In this document: positions 28,744 to 38,096 of the stretch, in pieces
How positions within the stretch are numbered: position 1 is the stretch's first letter
Layout of the letters: the number at the start of each line of letters is the position of its first letter
Made by a program: the position numbers and the translations under genes
The notes under the pieces: model-generated
Database searches by the model: none
What the model saw: the letters and a program-made list of their open reading frames with translations, nothing else
Told to the model about the DNA's origin: nothing
Assembly: GCA_049279335.1 (NCBI GenBank)
Contig: JBAPNX010000035.1
Location: forward strand, 57,217-121,216
From: Candidatus Dormiibacterota bacterium
GTDB taxonomy: Bacteria > Chloroflexota > Dormibacteria > Aeolococcales > Bog-877
Direction: 5' to 3'
Length of the DNA: 64,000 bases

Positions 28744-28878
28744 CCAACTACCGTAGCTCGCAGTGGCTACGCTGCCAGGTGGCGGGGAGCACCGGGTAAC
28801 CAGGCTGCATCCGTCGCCGTTGGACACATCGGACGTGCGCGTCCCGAGGCCCCGACGCGATCCATGGGATAACTCAAC

Positions 28879-29286
28879 ATGATGACTACAGATCGAGACA
28901 GCCGATTTCGCGCCACCCGTCGGGAAATCCTCCGCCGTCAGCACGATGGCTTCTCGCGGACCCGCATCCTGCGCCGCTACCGCTCCCATCTGGAGCACCT
29001 AGACCGAGTTCTGGCCGACCTTGAGGATGCCCGAATTCGCGAGCGTCGGGTGGTTCCGCCTCAGATCACCGAGCAGCTGCGCCAGGCCGAGGTGGCTCAG
29101 GAAGACCCCGATCTGGCCCAGGTGGTGGCGACCAGCCGTCCCAGCATCGACCGTGTCCAGGACGCGGTATTCGACGCTCAGGGTCGGATCATGGTCGAGG
29201 TCAGCCGACTGCTGGGCCAGCCGGACTGGGTCAGCATCGAGGCTGAGGAAGGTGAGGCGCTGGAGCTAGAGGCCGCTCATCACTGA
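28879..29286 (+). CDS. Hypothetical protein (135 aa, Arg-rich N-terminus, acidic C-terminus)
   Basis: ATG-started ORF with reasonable GC3, downstream of the strong promoter and a leader of about 130 nt. I recognise no family. Confidence 0.5.
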   Translation: MMTTDRDSRFRATRREILRRQHDGFSRTRILRRYRSHLEHLDRVLADLEDARIRERRVVPPQITEQLRQAEVAQEDPDLAQVVATSRPSIDRVQDAVFDAQGRIMVEVSRLLGQPDWVSIEAEEGEALELEAAHH

Positions 29287-29969
29287 TCGGACTCCTCTTC
29301 GGAGGGCTCTGATTGCAGCGGCGGATCCTGAAGCGCGAAGGCTCGTGCGAGCGCGACCACTTGGGCCTGATCCCGTAGCGCCTTGCGGCTGCGCGCTGTC
29401 TCCTGCTGCCGCGGCCTGACCACCAAGTGGGCCCGGTCGGCCAGCCGCTCCGCTTCCCGAGACTGGCGCACCTGGCTGAGGCGCTCCCAGTCGGCGACGG
29501 CCTGTTCGATCAACGCCACCGGATCATCGTCGCTGGCCTCCTCAGCCATCTCGGCTAGCCGCTGCTGGAGCCGGACCAAGCGGGTCGCCGGCAGCCTCGA
29601 CTTAGCCGCCAGCAGGCTGGCCGCCAGCTTGGCGTCAGCCTGGCGCCGGTCACGATGGACGCCTTCCTGCTCGACCTCTTTGGTCCTCGCTTCCCGAAGT
29701 TCCCCTTGGGCTCGGGCCAGAAGCGCGCGGTAGCCCCCCGCCAGATCGCCCCCAGCGGTCTCCGGCTGGGCCAGAGCCGCCGCCATGGCCAACAACTCCT
29801 CGACCGCCGCCTCCGCCCCCAACTGCTTCAGCTGGGGAAAGATGAAGACGCCGCACTTGCGATCCACTTCGACGAAGGCCTGCAGAGCCTCGGCCGGCAG
29901 CTCGGGGACCTGGGGCGGGGGCAGCGCGATGCCGGTGGTCGGCTCAGCCGGGGTCTCAGCCTCGGTCAT
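29280..29969 (-). CDS. Hypothetical alpha-helical protein (229 aa), translationally coupled to rpe
   Basis: ATG at 29969 overlaps the rpe stop (ATGA). The listed ORF 29280..30149 is extended over rpe. I recognise no family. Confidence 0.5.
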   Translation of the reverse strand: MTEAETPAEPTTGIALPPPQVPELPAEALQAFVEVDRKCGVFIFPQLKQLGAEAAVEELLAMAAALAQPETAGGDLAGGYRALLARAQGELREARTKEVEQEGVHRDRRQADAKLAASLLAAKSRLPATRLVRLQQRLAEMAEEASDDDPVALIEQAVADWERLSQVRQSREAERLADRAHLVVRPRQQETARSRKALRDQAQVVALARAFALQDPPLQSEPSEEESDQ

Positions 29970-30652
29970 GAGTTGGGCGATCCGCTCACCGACATCCTGC
30001 CCATCTCTCCCAGCAAGCAGGCCAGCCCAGCTGAAGCTCCCCCAGGAGCCTTGAAGACCGCAGTCCCGGCGACCAAGACCGTGGCCCCCGCCTGGACACA
30101 GGCGCCAACGTTGCTCACTTCTACTCCGCCATCCACCTCGATGTCGCACTCCAGGTGGCGAGCCCCTATCAGACGCCGCAGCCCCTCAACCTTCTCCAGG
30201 GTCGTGCCGAGAAAGGTTTGTCCCCCAAAGCCCGGGTCGACCGACATCAGCAACGCCAGTTGGATCTCCGGCAGGATGTCGGAGAGGAACTCAACCGGAG
30301 TGGCGGGGTTGAGGCCAACCCCGGCGCCAGCACCCTCTGCCCGGATCAGCTCCACGGTCCGGTGGAGCTGAGGGCAGGCCTCGAAGTGCACGGTTATCAG
30401 GTCGGCCCCTGCCGCTCGAAAGCTGGGGATGATGCCGTCGGGCCGCTCCACCATGAGGTGGGCCTCAAGGAACAGCGAGGTGGAGCGCCGGCAGGCCGCC
30501 ACGATGTCGGGACCCATGGTCAGGTTGGGCACGAAGTGGTTGTCCATGATGTCGATGTGGATGCGATCGGCTCCGCCCGCCTGGCAGGCGGCCAGCTCCT
30601 CGCTGAGGTGCGCCAGGTCAGCGGCCAGGATCGAGGGGGCCAGTAGGCTCAC
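29966..30652 (-). CDS. rpe: Ribulose-phosphate 3-epimerase
   Basis: APSILAADLAHL, IHIDIMDNHFVPNLT, and MSVDPGFGGQ. GTG at 30652 overlaps the pgl stop (GTGA); the longer ORF start at 30694 is an alternative. Confidence 0.92.
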   Translation of the reverse strand: MSLLAPSILAADLAHLSEELAACQAGGADRIHIDIMDNHFVPNLTMGPDIVAACRRSTSLFLEAHLMVERPDGIIPSFRAAGADLITVHFEACPQLHRTVELIRAEGAGAGVGLNPATPVEFLSDILPEIQLALLMSVDPGFGGQTFLGTTLEKVEGLRRLIGARHLECDIEVDGGVEVSNVGACVQAGATVLVAGTAVFKAPGGASAGLACLLGEMGRMSVSGSPNS

Positions 30653-31404
30653 GAAGCCGTCTCCGAGAGCTGCGACGCGGCTGCCGAGTCGCACCAGACC
30701 TCACAGTTGGGGGAGTTTCGGATCACCAGTTGGGCGGGCCAGCGCACCGGGTCATAGGGGCCCTGCAGCACCTGGGCCAGGGTCTCCGCCTTGGCTTCGC
30801 CATCGATTAGGAATTGAGTCCGTGCCGCCCAGCGCAGCACCAGCGGCCCCAGGCTCAGCCGACGCTCACCATCTGGGTGCTGGGTGGTCACCACCACCGC
30901 CTCGGGTGGGTAGCTCCGCCCGGGGAAGAGCGACGCGGTATGTCCGTCGGCCCCCATCCCCAGGGCCAGGATGTCCAGGCGGGGCCGTCCCTCCACGTAA
31001 GGCAAGACCCCCAGCAGCTTGGCCTCGAACTGCTGGCTCAGCACCTCCGGCCCGAGACCAGGAGCGACCCCCCAGCCCAGCACCATGGGTCGGTCCCCTT
31101 GGATCCGGTCCACCAGAGCCCGCCGCAACAGCCCCTCGTTGGACCTGGGGTCGGTCACCTCGACCATGCGCTCGTCCGCCGGGAGCAGGACCGCCCGGGC
31201 CCAATCCACCGACGGCTCGCCGGCGAGCAGTTCCAGAGCCTCGCCCGGCGTGGTGCCTCCGGGCAGGGCGACCACGCACTCGCCCCGGGCGGAGATCACG
31301 TCGCGGATCTCCTCCGCCCAGGTGCGGGCGGCGTGCCGGGCCAGTGACTCCGGGTCCGGCAGAACTCTAATCCGCGGCTCGCCCGACCCCTCGCTGGCGC
31401 TCAC
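30649..31404 (-). CDS. pgl: 6-phosphogluconolactonase
   Basis: VALPGGTTPGEALELL, LPADERMV and GMGADGHTASLFPG. Confidence 0.88.
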   Translation of the reverse strand: MSASEGSGEPRIRVLPDPESLARHAARTWAEEIRDVISARGECVVALPGGTTPGEALELLAGEPSVDWARAVLLPADERMVEVTDPRSNEGLLRRALVDRIQGDRPMVLGWGVAPGLGPEVLSQQFEAKLLGVLPYVEGRPRLDILALGMGADGHTASLFPGRSYPPEAVVVTTQHPDGERRLSLGPLVLRWAARTQFLIDGEAKAETLAQVLQGPYDPVRWPAQLVIRNSPNCEVWCDSAAASQLSETAS

Positions 31405-31419
31405 GCCGACGGTGATCTC

Positions 31420-32316
31420 TCAGTCACGCTTTACCGCATGGCCGCCGAACTGGTTGCGGAGCGCCGCGACGTATTTGGCGGCGAAGGAGTCGCTCTGCCG
31501 GGAGCGGATCCGCATGATCAAGGATAGTGCCAGGACTGGCGTGGGGACGTTCTGCTGCAGCGCCTGCAGCAAGGTCCAGCGACCCTCGCCGGTGTCGTCC
31601 ACATAGCCCTTGATCTGGGCCAGGTCGGGATCGTCGGCAAGAGCTCGCTCGGTCAGCTCCAGGAGCCAGGACCGGACCACGCCTCCCTGATTCCATAGAT
31701 GGGAGATGGCACCGAGATCGAGATCGAACTCCGAGGTCTCCATCACCTCGAAGCCCTCGGCGTAGGCCTGGAGCATGCCGTACTCGATCCCGTTGTGGAC
31801 CATCTTCACGTAGTGCCCGGCGCCGGAGGGACCGACGCGCAGGAAGCCATCGGGCGGCGCCAGCGTCTTGAAGACCGGGGCGACGTAGTCGAAGGCGTCC
31901 TGGTCACCCCCGACCATGAGGCAGTAGCCGACCGTCAGTCCCCAGACTCCTCCCGAGGTACCGGCGTCAAGGAAGCCGATGCCCTTTTCCAGGCACCGCT
32001 GGGCCCGCCGCTGCGAGTCGGTGTAGTGGGAGTTGCCCCCGTCGATGATGACGTCGCCCCGCTCCAGCAGCGGTAGCAGGGCGTCCAGCGAGGAATCGAC
32101 CGGTGGCCCGGAAGGAACCATCAGCCACACCGCACGTCGCGGGGAGAGCTTGGCGGCCAAGTCCTCGAGCGAGCTGGCCGCGGTGGCGCCCCCGGTGGCG
32201 ACCTGGGCGGTGACTTTGGAGTCACGGTCGTAGGCGACCACCTGGTGGCCACCTTTGACCAAGCGCTCAACCATGTTGCCCCCCATCTTGCCCAAGCCGA
32301 TCAAGGCTATCTGCAT
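31420..32316 (-). CDS. gnd: 6-phosphogluconate dehydrogenase, decarboxylating, short (about 300 aa) type
   Basis: Rossmann IGLGKMGGNMVERL, plus GAGHYVKMVHNGIEYGMLQAYAEG. Confidence 0.88.
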   Translation of the reverse strand: MQIALIGLGKMGGNMVERLVKGGHQVVAYDRDSKVTAQVATGGATAASSLEDLAAKLSPRRAVWLMVPSGPPVDSSLDALLPLLERGDVIIDGGNSHYTDSQRRAQRCLEKGIGFLDAGTSGGVWGLTVGYCLMVGGDQDAFDYVAPVFKTLAPPDGFLRVGPSGAGHYVKMVHNGIEYGMLQAYAEGFEVMETSEFDLDLGAISHLWNQGGVVRSWLLELTERALADDPDLAQIKGYVDDTGEGRWTLLQALQQNVPTPVLALSLIMRIRSRQSDSFAAKYVAALRNQFGGHAVKRD

Positions 32317-32326
32317 TGTTTCCCCC

Positions 32327-35227
32327 TCAGTTGGCGACTGGCGCCATCAGCCGCTCTACCACCTCGGTCAGCTGCAGCAGCCCCCGGCCGACGTCCTCGC
32401 AGCGGACTCGAAGGACTCTCCTGCCCCTGCCGGTGAGAGCTTGGTAGTCGCCCAGCGCTTGCGCCTGCTGCAGGATGCCAAAGCTGTAGGGCCGATCGGG
32501 GATGGCCAGGTCGGCGCGATGGACGCCAGTGATCTGCAAGAAGGCCGCAGTCTCGGGCCCGCCTTTGTGAAGCTGCCCAGTGGAGTGCAGGAAGCGCGGG
32601 CCATAGCCGAAGGTGGTGGCGCAACCGGTGGCCCGCAGAAACGCCAGCCGCAGCCGACCGATGAGCTCCTCGTCCTCGGGGTGGTCAGGTCGCATCGGCA
32701 AGTACGCCATGAGCCCCAGGTACCAGGGCGGACGCAGTCCCTCCAGCCACCTCGCTACGGCCTGCTCCAGGCTGGAGGCGCCCGGTGCTCCTGCCACTCG
32801 CACCGCGCCATCGATCAGGTCGATGCCGGGCTCAGGAAGCCGGCCGTCCTTCTCCCAGCCCTCCAGCAGCCGGGTGGTGTTGTCCTTGCTCTCCTGGACG
32901 TTGGGCTGGTCGAAGGGGTCGATCCCGATGAGGGCGCCAGCCAGCGCGGTTGCAACCTCCCAGCGGTAGAACTCCGCCCCCAGATCGAGCAGGTGCGCGG
33001 TCGGGATCCTCACCACTGGATGACCATCGGCTGCCAGCGCATTGAGCCAGTTTTCAGTTGTGGGATCGGCCTCGCTGCCCTCCATCTCCAGGTAGACGAA
33101 AAGTCGGTCGTCGCCGTATTCAGGCGTCTCTCCCCGTAGCTCGCCTACAACCGGCACCAGCCCCTTGCCCGACTTGCCGGTGGACTCCGCCAGCAACTGC
33201 TCGATCCAGATGGGTAGGTAGGAGAGGCCCGGGTCCGAAACGATCGTCACCTTGTTGCGGCCCACCGCGGCCGCCCCTGCTAGGGCAGCGCCCAGTTGGG
33301 CGCCGGGGCTGCGATCGCTCGCCGAGGCGTCGGCGGGGAAGCAGGCCGCGGACATCGAGACCGCCCCCGCCAGGAGCTGGTCGAGGTCGATGCCCATGGT
33401 GGCCGCCGGGACCAGGCCGAAATCGGAGAGGGCGCTGTAGCGGCCACCGATGGCGGGATTGGCCGACCAGACCTGATGGAAATTCAGATCTTGAGCCAGC
33501 TTTTCCAGGCCCGTCCCGGGATCGGTGATGGCCACGCAATGCTCTCCTGCCCGCTCCCCGATCGCGGCCTGCCAGCGGGTGTGAAAGAAGCTGCAATGGC
33601 AGAGGGTCTCGGTGGTTCCGCCACTCTTGGAGGCGACCAACAACAGAGTGCGGGCCGGGTCGATGCGATCCACTACCGACTGAATCTGGTCGGGATCGGT
33701 CGAGTCCAGGACGATGAGGTCGGGGAAGCCGGGCCGTACGCCGAAGGTCTGCCGCAGGACTTCGGGACAGAGGCTGCTGCCTCCCATGCCCACCAGGACG
33801 GCGTGGGAGAAGTCTTGGTCCCGCACCCAACTGGAGTAGGTGTGGAGTTCAGCCAGAGCGCCCCGTTGCCTCTGGGGCTCGTCCAGCCAGCCCATCCGCT
33901 CGGCCATGGCTGCACGTGCCGACTCGTCCCCAGGCCAGAGGCTGGTGTCACGACTGCGGAGCCGCCCCAGCGCGTTATCGCTTTGCAGCTGGCTCGAGGC
34001 CTGGGCGATCGCGTCCTCGGCCTGGCGCGGATCGACTCGAGCCAGCAGCGCGGTCGAGCTGACCTGGGTCCGGGGGGAGGCCACCACGCCCTGGCCGGCG
34101 AAGGTCGCCCGCTTGGCGCCGATCTCCGCCAGAAGCTTGTCCGTGGATTCGGCGAAGCTCTGCACTCCCTTGACCTCAAGTGCGGCGGTGACATCGTCGA
34201 TGTCCACGCCCAGCTCGCGCAGATGGTCGAGCTCCTTGCCCGCGTCGGGAATGTGGCCCAACAAGGTCGCCCGCACCTGGCCGTGATCAAGGAACGCCTC
34301 AATCGAGCTGGGCGGCATGGTGTCCACCGTGTCTTTCGCGATCAGCTCCTCGCAGTAGAGGACATCGCGATAGGCAGGGTTCTTGGCGCTGGTGCTGGCC
34401 CAGAGCGGGCGCTGGACGCTGGCGCCGGCCGCCTCCAGAGCCCGGAACCGCTCGCCCCGGAAGATCTCCTCGAACGCCTGGTAGGCGACGGCGGCATTGG
34501 CGATCGCCGCCTTGCCCCGGGCCGCTTCCAGGGCTGACTTGCGCTCACCCTCACCCTGCACGGCCAGGGCGTCGAGCCGGGAGTCCGCCTCGGTGTCGAC
34601 CCGGCTCACGAAGAAGCTGGCCACCGAACGCATTCGGTCGATCGCCTGGCCCGCCGCCAACCGCCGCTCCAGGCCGCGGCAGTAAGCCTCCATCACCTCT
34701 CGGTAGCGGGACACCGCGAAGATCAGGGTCACGTTGACGTTGAAACCCTGGAAGAGAGCCTCCTCCACCGCGCCCACCCCCTCCTTCGTGGCCGGGATCT
34801 TGATCATCAGGTTGGGTCGATCCACTGCCTTCCAGTAGCGACCAGCTGCGGCCACCGTGTTGCGAGGGTCGCGGGCCAGAGCCGGCGAGACCTCGAGGCT
34901 GACGTAGCCGTCCCGAGCGTCGGTCTCCTGGTAGACGGCTCGCAGCTCGTCGCAGGCGCTGCGCACGTCATCCGAGATCAGCTGGTCGTAGATCTCCTCG
35001 GTAGAGCGGCCCGCCAACGCCAGCTCGCGGATCTCGTCGTCGTAGGCGTCACCCTCGGAGACGGCCTTCTCGAAGATGGTCGGATTGACGGTCACCCCGA
35101 GAACACCAAGTCCGATCAGGCGAGTGAGCTCGCCCCTGCGCAAGAGCTCGCGGCTGAGGTTGTCGTACCAGACGCTCTGGCCCTCGTCAGCCAGTCGCTG
35201 TAGGGAGTTCTTAGCCACCTTGCTCAC
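32327..35227 (-). CDS. Bifunctional transaldolase / glucose-6-phosphate isomerase fusion (966 aa)
   Basis: The N-terminal portion of about 360 aa is transaldolase ([23 protein letters not shown], Schiff-base Lys in MIKIPAT). The C-terminal portion of about 600 aa is PGI-like (SGGTTET, GGRYS). Confidence 0.88.
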   Translation of the reverse strand: MSKVAKNSLQRLADEGQSVWYDNLSRELLRRGELTRLIGLGVLGVTVNPTIFEKAVSEGDAYDDEIRELALAGRSTEEIYDQLISDDVRSACDELRAVYQETDARDGYVSLEVSPALARDPRNTVAAAGRYWKAVDRPNLMIKIPATKEGVGAVEEALFQGFNVNVTLIFAVSRYREVMEAYCRGLERRLAAGQAIDRMRSVASFFVSRVDTEADSRLDALAVQGEGERKSALEAARGKAAIANAAVAYQAFEEIFRGERFRALEAAGASVQRPLWASTSAKNPAYRDVLYCEELIAKDTVDTMPPSSIEAFLDHGQVRATLLGHIPDAGKELDHLRELGVDIDDVTAALEVKGVQSFAESTDKLLAEIGAKRATFAGQGVVASPRTQVSSTALLARVDPRQAEDAIAQASSQLQSDNALGRLRSRDTSLWPGDESARAAMAERMGWLDEPQRQRGALAELHTYSSWVRDQDFSHAVLVGMGGSSLCPEVLRQTFGVRPGFPDLIVLDSTDPDQIQSVVDRIDPARTLLLVASKSGGTTETLCHCSFFHTRWQAAIGERAGEHCVAITDPGTGLEKLAQDLNFHQVWSANPAIGGRYSALSDFGLVPAATMGIDLDQLLAGAVSMSAACFPADASASDRSPGAQLGAALAGAAAVGRNKVTIVSDPGLSYLPIWIEQLLAESTGKSGKGLVPVVGELRGETPEYGDDRLFVYLEMEGSEADPTTENWLNALAADGHPVVRIPTAHLLDLGAEFYRWEVATALAGALIGIDPFDQPNVQESKDNTTRLLEGWEKDGRLPEPGIDLIDGAVRVAGAPGASSLEQAVARWLEGLRPPWYLGLMAYLPMRPDHPEDEELIGRLRLAFLRATGCATTFGYGPRFLHSTGQLHKGGPETAAFLQITGVHRADLAIPDRPYSFGILQQAQALGDYQALTGRGRRVLRVRCEDVGRGLLQLTEVVERLMAPVAN

Positions 35228-37295
35228 CTCCGGAATCGCCCAAAAGCGCTTTCGCCTTCTCGGCTACTGCCGCTGGTGTCAAGCCCAGCTTTTCATAGAT
35301 CGTCTGGTAGGGCGCCGAGGCCCCGAAGCGGTTCACCCCAATCACAGCGCCATGCTCACCGACCCAGCGCCACCAGGGCTGATCGACTCCGGCCTCCACC
35401 GCGATCCGGACCGGCGTCGAGGCAGGAAGCACCTGCCCTCGATACTCGTCGGGCTGGCTGGCGAAGAGCTCCATGGAGGGCATGCTCACCACCCGGGTGG
35501 GCACGCCTGCGGACTGCAGCAGCCCCCTGGCCTCGACGCAGATGGAGAGCTCGCTGCCAGTTCCAATCAGCAGGCAGCGGCACTCGCCACCCTCGGCCTC
35601 CTGGAGCACATAGGCTCCCCGCATCACCCCGCCGGCCGCCAGCTCCTGAGTCCCCGGTAGGACCGGCAGGTTCTGCCGACAGAAGATGAGCGCCGTCGGT
35701 GCGGTGCCGCGGTCCAACGCCACCGACCAGGCCCAGCTGGATTCGTTGGCGTCGCCGGGGCGGAGCACCACCAGGTTGGGAATGGCGCGGAGAGCGGCCA
35801 GATGCTCAACCGGCTGGTGAGTGGGGCCGTCCTCTCCGAGGCCGATGCTGTCGTGGGTGTAGACCCAGACCACTCCCAGGTGGGAGAGGGCTGAGAGCCG
35901 CACCGCCGGGCGCTGGTAGTCGGAGAAGGTAAAGAAGGTGGCACTGTAGGGTCGGAGCCCACCGTGAGCCGCCATGCCGTTGCAGACTGCGCCCATGGCG
36001 TGCTCCCTCACCCCGAAGTGAAGGTTGCGCCCATGGCCGGTGTGACCATCGAAGTCTCCACCCCCCGCTATGGCAGTCTTGGTCGACTCCGAGAGGTCGG
36101 CGTCCCCACCCAGGATCCAAGGGATCCGTTCCGCCAGGGCACCCAGCGCCTTGCCGCCGGAGCTGCGGGTGGCGATGGGATCGCTCCCGACCTCCCAATT
36201 GGGCAGGACATCCTCCCAGCCGGCGGGGAGCTCTCCGGCCATCGAGGTGCGCCATTCGTAGGCGAGCTCCGGGAATGCCTCGCTCCAGGCGCAGAAGCGA
36301 TCGTGCCATTCCCGATTCAGGGATCCCCCCTGCGCTAGTGCCTCCCGAAAATGCCCCAGCACCTCGGGCGCCACCTGGAAGGTGAGGTCGGGGTCGCAGC
36401 CGTAGGCACGCTTGGCCGCGGCCGCCTCCTCCGGGCCAAGCGGTGAACCATGCGCAGCATTGGTGTCCTGCTTGTGGGGAGCCCCGTAACCGATGTGGGT
36501 GCGGACCGCAATGAGAGACGGTCGACTGGGATCGTCAATGGCACTCTGGACTGCGGCGGCGATGCCGTCGAGGTCGAGGGTCCCGTCCTCCACACGCTGC
36601 ACCTGCCAGTCATAGGCGCTGAAACGAGCCAGCACGTCCTCGCTGAAGGAAAGCGATGTGGGGCCGTCAAGCGAGACGTGATTGTCGTCGTAGAGGCAGA
36701 TCAACTTTCCCAGCCCCAGATGTCCTGCCAGCGAGGCCGCCTCGGAGCTGATCCCCTCCATCATGTCGCCGTCGCTGCAGAGCACGAAGGTCCGGTGATC
36801 CACAATCTCGTGGCCGGGCTGGTTGTAGCGATAGGCCAGATGGCGTTCCGCCATCGCCATCCCCACCCCGTCCCCGAATCCCTGTCCCAGGGGTCCGGTG
36901 GTGACCTCGACACCAGGGGTCAGGCCCCGCTCCGGATGACCCGGGGTGCGCGATCCCCACTGGCGGAACTGCTCCAATTCTTCGAGCGGCAGGTCGTAGC
37001 CGGTCAAATGCAAAAGGGCGTAGAGCAGCATCGACCCGTGACCTGCCGACAGAACAAAGCGGTCTCGGTCCGGCCACGTTGGATCGGTCGGGTCATGGCG
37101 CAGAAAGCGGGTCCAGAGCACATAGGCCATGGGCGCTGCGCCCATGGGTAGACCGGGATGGCCGGACTTGGCTTTCTCGACCGCGTCAATGGCCAAGCAG
37201 CGAATCGTGTTGATGCAGGCGTTGTCGAGCCAGGTCCCGGCTCGGGGAAGCGTCGCCTCCCGGCTCACCCCGCGCTCCTTAACGTCACGAGCCAT
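35211..37295 (-). CDS. tkt: Transketolase
   Basis: [18 protein letters not shown], the GDG...EG TPP motif ([10 protein letters not shown]), and [16 protein letters not shown]. Confidence 0.96.
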   Translation of the reverse strand: MARDVKERGVSREATLPRAGTWLDNACINTIRCLAIDAVEKAKSGHPGLPMGAAPMAYVLWTRFLRHDPTDPTWPDRDRFVLSAGHGSMLLYALLHLTGYDLPLEELEQFRQWGSRTPGHPERGLTPGVEVTTGPLGQGFGDGVGMAMAERHLAYRYNQPGHEIVDHRTFVLCSDGDMMEGISSEAASLAGHLGLGKLICLYDDNHVSLDGPTSLSFSEDVLARFSAYDWQVQRVEDGTLDLDGIAAAVQSAIDDPSRPSLIAVRTHIGYGAPHKQDTNAAHGSPLGPEEAAAAKRAYGCDPDLTFQVAPEVLGHFREALAQGGSLNREWHDRFCAWSEAFPELAYEWRTSMAGELPAGWEDVLPNWEVGSDPIATRSSGGKALGALAERIPWILGGDADLSESTKTAIAGGGDFDGHTGHGRNLHFGVREHAMGAVCNGMAAHGGLRPYSATFFTFSDYQRPAVRLSALSHLGVVWVYTHDSIGLGEDGPTHQPVEHLAALRAIPNLVVLRPGDANESSWAWSVALDRGTAPTALIFCRQNLPVLPGTQELAAGGVMRGAYVLQEAEGGECRCLLIGTGSELSICVEARGLLQSAGVPTRVVSMPSMELFASQPDEYRGQVLPASTPVRIAVEAGVDQPWWRWVGEHGAVIGVNRFGASAPYQTIYEKLGLTPAAVAEKAKALLGDSGGEQGG

Positions 37296-37376
37296 CTACC
37301 CCATGCTCTCATCTGGGCAGTAAAGGCGCAGCTAGGGAACGTCAGGGTCGAACCACCCTAATCGCCGCTGCCCGCT

Positions 37377-37760
37377 TCAGTTCGCCCCAGCGGGCGGGTA
37401 GCCTGCGCTCGCAGCGGATCGGCCGGTCGAGCCGTTGGTCGAGTCGCTGCTGGTGGGGAAGCCTCGTGCTTTCCAGGCACTGATACCACCGATCATCGAC
37501 GTCGCCACCAGGCCCTTCTCGCGGAGGAACTTGGTGGCCCTAACGCTACGCGAGCCGGCTGCGCACTGCACCACCAAGGTGCCGTCCCCAGGCAGCTCCC
37601 GCCAGCGATCGCTGAGCTCTTCGACGGGAATCCAGATGGAGCCGTCGATCCGCACCTGCTCCCGCTCGTCGGCGTCGCGGACATCGAGCACCGGCACCCC
37701 ACCCGCGATCAGGTTCCGGGCCGCGTCAACCTCAACCTCAAGTGCGACCGGGGCAGCCAT
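37377..37760 (-). CDS. Single-domain rhodanese sulfurtransferase
   Basis: VLDVRDADERE, plus the active-site loop QCAAGSRS. Confidence 0.85.
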   Translation of the reverse strand: MAAPVALEVEVDAARNLIAGGVPVLDVRDADEREQVRIDGSIWIPVEELSDRWRELPGDGTLVVQCAAGSRSVRATKFLREKGLVATSMIGGISAWKARGFPTSSDSTNGSTGRSAASAGYPPAGAN

Positions 37761-37768
37761 CGGAAGGA

Positions 37769-38020
37769 TTATCGGCTGCGCGCCCTAGGGGACACCGACC
37801 ATGGGTAACCCGCGGAGTTGCTGCAACTAACTACGCCGCCTGAGTGACCGCCCAGGGGTGCGGGTCGAGCCAGCTGTTGTGCCCAGTGGGTAGGCGCCGG
37901 GCGCCTGGTGCACTGGATCTGCCCAAACGGACCGAACAGCGCCAGCAGGCACGCCACCAGCAGCCCTAGACCCACGAGCGACCAGAGGATGAGGAATCCC
38001 CGGTCGGTGGTCCATGTCAT
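37769..38020 (-). CDS. Possible small membrane protein (83 aa)
   Basis: N-terminal TM helix FLILWSLVGLGLLVACLLALF with high GC3 in the first ~45 codons. The C-terminal half is low complexity and the SD is weak. Confidence 0.3.
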   Translation of the reverse strand: MTWTTDRGFLILWSLVGLGLLVACLLALFGPFGQIQCTRRPAPTHWAQQLARPAPLGGHSGGVVSCSNSAGYPWSVSPRARSR

Positions 38021-38096
38021 ATCTGCCGGACTCTAGTCCCCCCCGGTAGGTCCAGTCGCGACGCGTCCCCAAGACCAAAGCGAGCCGAGAGCTAGA

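Noticed and set aside
28522-28998. A 158-aa minus-strand ORF crossing the pdhA start and the divergent intergenic region.
   Set aside because: It spans the promoter region and overlaps two better-supported genes, and it has no family resemblance.
37344-37359. A tRNA T-arm-like sequence AGGGTCGAACCACCCT in the tkt/rhodanese spacer.
   Set aside because: The stem is only 4 bp and the loop 8 nt. There is no matching acceptor stem (GGCGATT is absent upstream), and the 81-nt spacer cannot hold a complete tRNA.
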